Shown one piece after another: positions 62,533-64,000 of a DNA stretch of 64,000 bases. How positions within the stretch are numbered: the first letter of the stretch is position 1; each line of letters opens with the position of its first letter. The notes under the pieces are model-generated. The model searched no databases, was not told where the DNA came from, and saw only the letters and a program-made list of their open reading frames with translations. A program made the translations under genes and the position numbers. This DNA is from an uncultured Planctomycetota bacterium (GTDB lineage: Bacteria > Planctomycetota > Planctomycetia > Isosphaerales > Isosphaeraceae), in NCBI GenBank assembly GCA_963737655.1, contig CAVTTN010000002.1, forward strand, positions 2,624,001 to 2,688,000, written 5' to 3'.

Positions 62533-63961
62533 TCAAAAGACGTCGGTGGTGGTCAACTGCTGCTCGACCCAGTCCCCTCGGCGGGCGATCTCGACGACGG
62601 CCGAGCGGATGTCGGCCGGGGTCACGTGGCCTCGGGGATAGGTCCGGGTCATCACGAACATGGGCTGGCCGTTGACGTCCCGCACGGACAGGCCGCCGAT
62701 CGTCAACTCGGCGTTGAGCTTCAGCGCGAACTCGTAATGGCGGGGGTCGGCCGGGGCGCACACGGAGAAGATCTGGAGGAGCCTCTCGTTCTTCCGGCCC
62801 TCGGCCACCTCGACATAGACCTCCTGGATGCGGTCGCCCGGCACGGGCACGATCACCCGGAAGCGGTCCCGGGCGCCCTGGATCAGGCAATCCACGCCTT
62901 CGAGGCTCTCGCGGACCAGGCCCTCGGTGTCTCGCAGGTGGCCCAGGACGACCTTGAGCTCCTCGGCCAGCTCGTCGGCCGAGGCGTGGCGGCGGGCCGG
63001 GTCCTTGTCCAGCAAGCGGGCGAGGATCGGCGGGAGCTCGTCGGGGATCGCCGAAACCAGGCGGCGGACGTCCGGCACCGGGGCCGATCGATGGAGCCGG
63101 ATCAGGCTGGCGAGGTCGTCCGAGGCGAACGGCAGGCGGGCCGTCAGGAGATAGAAGAAGGACACGCCGACGGCATAAAGATCGGTCTGAGGCCCGGCGG
63201 GCGACCCGTGGAACAGCTCCGGGGCCATGAAGGTGGGGGTCCCGGCGAGGTTCGAGCCCGAATCCCGGTCGCGCAGCCGGCGGACCAGCCCGAAATCGGC
63301 GAGCTTGGCCGAGCCTTCGGCCGTCAGGAGGACGTTCGCGGGCTTCACGTCCCGATGGACCAGCCCCGATCGGTGGGCGGCCGAAAGCGCCAGGGCGACC
63401 TGGCGGATCAGGAGCGAGGCGCGAAGCGGTTCGAGAGGCCCATTGCGGATCAGGGTCTCCCGGAGGCTGACCCCCCCGGCGACGTGCTCCATCTCGATGT
63501 AGTGATAGCCCCGGTCGCTGCCCAGGTTGTGGACCGTGACGACGTGGGGATGCACGAGGCCGGCGACCGCCCTCGCCTCGGCCCAGAACCGCTCGACGGT
63601 CCGGGGCTGGCGGGCCACGAGGCCGGGGCTGAGCACCTTCACGGCGCAGGGGCGGCCGAGCCCGGCGTGCTCGGCTCGGTAGACCCGGCCCATTGCCCCC
63701 TTGCCCAGGACCTCGGCGATCCGGTACTGGCCGAGCTCGGTGCCGACCAGGTCGTCGAGCTCCGGGAAGCCGTCGGAATCGAGCCCGGGGGTCGGCCCCC
63801 CATAGGCGATGGTCTCGCCGAGAGGGTCGTCGGCCGAGGCGCCGGGGACCATCGGGCAGCCGGTCTCTCCGTGGAACGGGCACGCGGCCGAGGGGCTCGC
63901 CCACGCGGGCCGGCTCGTCGCACAAGGGGCACGGACGTATCGCCGCCGCCCGGACGGGCAT
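62533..63961 (-). CDS. Ser/Thr kinase with C-terminal YbjN/T3SS-chaperone-like domain; the N-terminal Cys motif needs a frameshift (in-frame part 62533-63852)
   Basis: LGKGAMGRVY, AVK, HRDVKPAN, DFG, GTPTFMAPE; C-terminal ALKLNAELTIGGL..EIARRGDWVEQQL..DVF. Confidence 0.85.
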
Positions 63962-64000
63962 CTGCCTCGCCCTCACCGACCCATCCGCCGGTCCCATCGA

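Overview
High-GC (roughly 70% by eye) bacterial DNA with Planctomycetota hallmarks, most like Isosphaeraceae: LEPR-XLL-type N-terminal motifs, a PVC-type CxxCH heme protein and DWG-type Ser/Thr kinases. Scattered single-base frameshifts, including in argC, suggest long-read indel errors. 1-13.7 kb: type I-B/'I-MYXAN' CRISPR-Cas locus (cmx8/cas8, cas7/devR, cas5/devS, cas4-cas1 fusion, cas2). Its 85-repeat array is cut off by IS remnants and is followed by the 3' half of a tRNA-Arg(CCG), a probable att site. 14-47 kb: core-like genes (giant beta-helix protein, HU, tRNA-Leu(TAA), csrA, argC, membrane proteins, TlpA, PVC heme protein, two giant membrane-anchored proteins). 47-57 kb: the most unusual part. 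A RAYT/Y1 HUH transposase has a 24-28 bp repeat upstream that recurs as inverted pairs with tandemly amplified outer ends. These pairs punctuate a row of cargo genes and gene fragments (kinase-TPR, a TA pair, a nuclease-like ORF, a nitrilase-fold ORF), and an IS4-type MITE sits inside one repeat. This is a candidate RAYT-driven gene-cassette array (inference). 57-64 kb: hydrolase, HxlR/NmrA pair and a kinase.
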